Below are positions 60,745 to 64,000 of a stretch of DNA of 64,000 nt, in pieces. The position numbers and the translations under genes were made by a program. Each line of letters opens with the position of its first letter. Position 1 is the stretch's first letter. The notes beneath the pieces were generated by a model that worked only from the letters and a program-made list of their open reading frames with translations, ran no database searches and was not told where the DNA came from. The DNA lies in the NCBI GenBank assembly GCA_973895155.1, contig OZ316896.1:9197539-9261538 (forward strand), written 5' to 3'. Source of the DNA: Marsupella aquatica (taxonomy: Eukaryota; Plantae; Marchantiophyta).

Positions 60745-63700
60745 GTTGAGGGAACCTCATGGTTTGGATCCACGCCACCCAAAGCTCGAACCAACCAGAA
60801 ACACTCTTTGCCATTTTCCTGTTCCCATTCATCCTCTGGACATAAAAATACAAAGTGACCTTCTTGAATATCTTGTAGAGGAATCCAACGTGCAGGTTCT
60901 CGCTCTTGTCGTGCACCAACAAAGGGTGCAGCTTGATCTTCCATCTCTCCCATGTACTCATTTTGAAGGTCCATCATCTCTGGATTTTGAGAAGGTTCAC
61001 TTGACGGCTGAGATGTCCCCAAAATCATCTTGTAACCTGTGCCATGGTTAGTCTTTGGCCAAAATCAGTTGTCAATGGCAATTGTCTTTCCCCCTCCCCT
61101 TCTATTGTAAGTTTCTTGGACAGTACTTGCACAAGATTCTCCCAATATTTGACCAGAGGAAATCTCTCTCGATATGCTGCAGAGGTCTCATCCTTACAAC
61201 TTTTCTTCAAGAAATCAATATAGCGATTAAGGAATGGGATGATTTCTCCGGCCTTCTTTTGTACAACCCCAGATAATATAGGTTTTGCAAATGGTTGGCC
61301 TTCCGGTAAAATGAGCGCATTTGTGATGGGATCAGTTCTCCAAATGGACCTCCCCATTGCCAGAAGCCAAGGTTGCTTGACATGTGCTTTATATTGATAC
61401 GCTGGCACATTATCCCTCATGGAGAAAAGAAATGCTACTGGTTTTGAGTGACCTTCTATCTCTTTCACCTGGAAAGTCTTCAAATACTCCTTGTAAGATG
61501 CAACCTCTTGAATCAATCATGGTACAGGATGAATGCTTTCACACTCCCAAACCTCAACCATCAACCCCAAGAGGGTAGCAACCTCTTTGTATCTGACCTG
61601 TTTGGATACTTGAGAAAATAATGCATCCACATCTTCATGGGTGTGGCCAACCATGAGGAATGACATTTGCACAGTTTCAAACACCCCCTGCTAACAAGCT
61701 CAGTGCAAAATGCCATCACATACTGATTTTTGTTATCTTTCCTTGAATTGTCCATCTGCAACGTTAGGTGCCTTGGTAAGGGCTTGAAAGAGCCCCTAGT
61801 AGTCCAGGATCATCCCTAGAACCAACATCCACTGTGCTTGATTTTTGAGTCTCCTGACCATCTTCAATGCCTTGAAACCGAACAATTGAAACATTTTTGC
61901 GTTCCAAGTAACCGGCCAGAAATGCTTCAAAGTCTAGAAGGGACTAAAATATTGGCCTGGTTGCATTCCAATTCAATCGTTCAAGAAGGTCTCCAGTTTT
62001 GTCTCCTGTGTAATCTTCCAAATCTTGAAGGCATTTGGCCAAAGATGTCACAGTAAAGTCTGCATCTCCAGGCCAAAGTCCAGTCAAACTGAAATGTGCA
62101 TACACTCCAGGATCTCTTCCATGGGTTAACATCCTAGTAAGAGCAATAGGCAGAGGCTGACCACTACCAGAGAGGGATTTTGGAGTGGGGACCAACCTGG
62201 GGATCCAAGTCTTGGCTTGATCCATCTTATCGTGAATAATGCAAAGATATTTTTGAGGATCCTTCTTTGCAAGAACCCTATGAGCATAGTAAACATATCT
62301 TCTTGACATTTGTTCACGAAGATATCGCGCTCTTTTCTCTTCAATCTCTACACGCTCTTTTTTTCTCTTCTCCCGCATCAATTGATCTTTGAACTCAGTG
62401 CAAAATGTGCACTTGGCAAATGCACTTCCCTTGTGAAAGTCAAAATTATCAAATGAGTTTTTCCAGATGTTGTACATAGTAACTTCAGTAACCTTAGCAA
62501 ACCCATCTAACTCCATCTTGGTAAACACCTCTTGGAAAATCTCCTTCTTAGTAAAACAAGATGGGAGCCGATATTCAATAGTGTCGGTGCCGTTGGACCC
62601 ACCATAGGGAAGATGTGGCATTGGTTCCCCATTTTGGATTAAAATGGACTCCAACAAGGCGCGAGCGTGCAAAGTGCTTGATCGTGTCTTCCGTTGTCCC
62701 TGATTTCCATGGAAACCAATTGTGCAACTGAACCCGTGCATTTTAATAAATGCATCTTTACAAACCACACGTCCCTTTAGAACAAAAAATCCCTTTGTCT
62801 TGACTTGCTCCTCTCTGCACCCAAAGAGACTAAAGATGTGACTTGTTTTGTTGTCACTTGACATTCCATGGTATTCCCTCCTCATTGCCTCTAAGTCCTC
62901 CATAGGCATGTTCAAGCAACACTTCAACTTGCAACAACCTTCTCTTTGGATGGAATCAATGGACTCCTCGGTAATTTTCAAAAGTGCCCGTGACTCCAAA
63001 TGCCTTTTCTTCTTCTCCTCAAGATCCACTTTTGTCCTCTTAATGAAATTGTATGGTCTTTTTGTAGGTTTACAATCACCATCCGAATCCGGATCGCCCT
63101 CAGTTCGACCCGACTCCATCCACTTCGATGAAACTTCCTCAAGGGTATCCCCAAGAAACCTTTGAGATGAAATCAATAGAAGGGATTTGATTTCCCACCT
63201 CACCAAGCCGGGGGTACCAACACAGATATTTGGAAATAATTCAGGTTCATTGATAGTCACAACAACAACACCCACATGATCTGCACCAAGAAGCTCATCA
63301 TCAACGACACCTATTTCAAATGGGATAGTGATAACACCTGTTGCAACCTTCCGACAACGAGAAGCGTCATACAAATCAACCTCCTCTGCCATCCAGTTGG
63401 AACGTAGTGTAAAATCTTTTAATGGAAGATCATTGAATATGTTTGCGCTACCAGACACGCCATAATCTTGTAGAGTGCCTTTTCTAGAAACATGCGCAAC
63501 ATCCCACATGACCCAGGTATGCAAGGCCTCTTCTATTGTATCAGCTCCAGGGTGTGAGTATGGCAATTTTTGATTTCCCTTAACAATATCAGATATTCGT
63601 ATACTGATACGACCAACACCTAGTCTTTCAGTATGACAAATATCCATCGGATTTGTCTTGAAAACGACTCCATTTGCAACCAACTAATCAAAAATGAACA

Positions 63701-64000
63701 TCTGAACTTCATCTCCTTCCTTGAACACCTCCTCTTCAACCCTCGCGTCAGATTTGGATTTACCATTTCTAGCATCTCTAGCCAAAGAGAAATCATCGAC
63801 ATTGATTCTTCGACGAAGAGTTGATGACCTCAAGTATGCCAATGCACAATGCCAGATCACGCAGGAGTCAATTGCCTCAGCCAATGTAGAAAATTTTGGT
63901 GAAGGAAATGGAAGTTGATGCAATCCCTCAAAGCACTTTTTGATCAATACTCCAATTTGATTATCCCCCAGACAAATGTTCTGTATAGTATCCTGGGGGT
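60745..64000 (-). mobile_element. Frameshifted Sola1-like (DDD) DNA transposase pseudogene, continuing past the window edge
   Basis: Colinear ORF pieces 63947-63684, 63683-61944, 61761-61561, 61516-61025 and 61028-60745. Motifs CC..KCC, VC..AF...HG, FAKCTFC, H...A, IIHDKMDQAKT..P, LQMDN..KDNKN, and (manual frame) MSFLMVGHTHEDVDALFS. Several stops and frameshifts. An AT-rich aatga-repeat tail lies at 59850-60720. Confidence 0.82.

Overview
Eukaryotic land-plant nuclear DNA. GT-AG introns, plant gene families and a Sola-like transposase suggest a bryophyte, probably a liverwort (inference). Host genes: a 3-exon hevein+GH19 chitinase-like gene with degenerate catalytic and chitin-binding residues (1275-3415, -), a secreted LPPLP-repeat proline-rich protein (6519-7163, -), a 16-exon Mediator subunit MED16/SFR6 (15269-23376, +), an intronless PPR-SMR gene (31660-34551, +) and an L-type lectin receptor kinase (about 45415-47536, +) whose best start codon is out of frame. 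The kinase lies between two ~2.3 kb direct repeats. Intergenic space holds a tRNA-derived SINE family, a solo LTR with a perfect 5-bp TSD, TA-flanked TIR elements and MITEs, minisatellites, hairpins, an internally deleted IDM3-like fragment, and a frameshifted Sola1-like DDD transposase with tandem TNP1-like N-terminal modules running off the right edge. No CRISPR array, rRNA or true tRNA gene was seen. All family calls come from motif recognition and manual translation; no database search was run.
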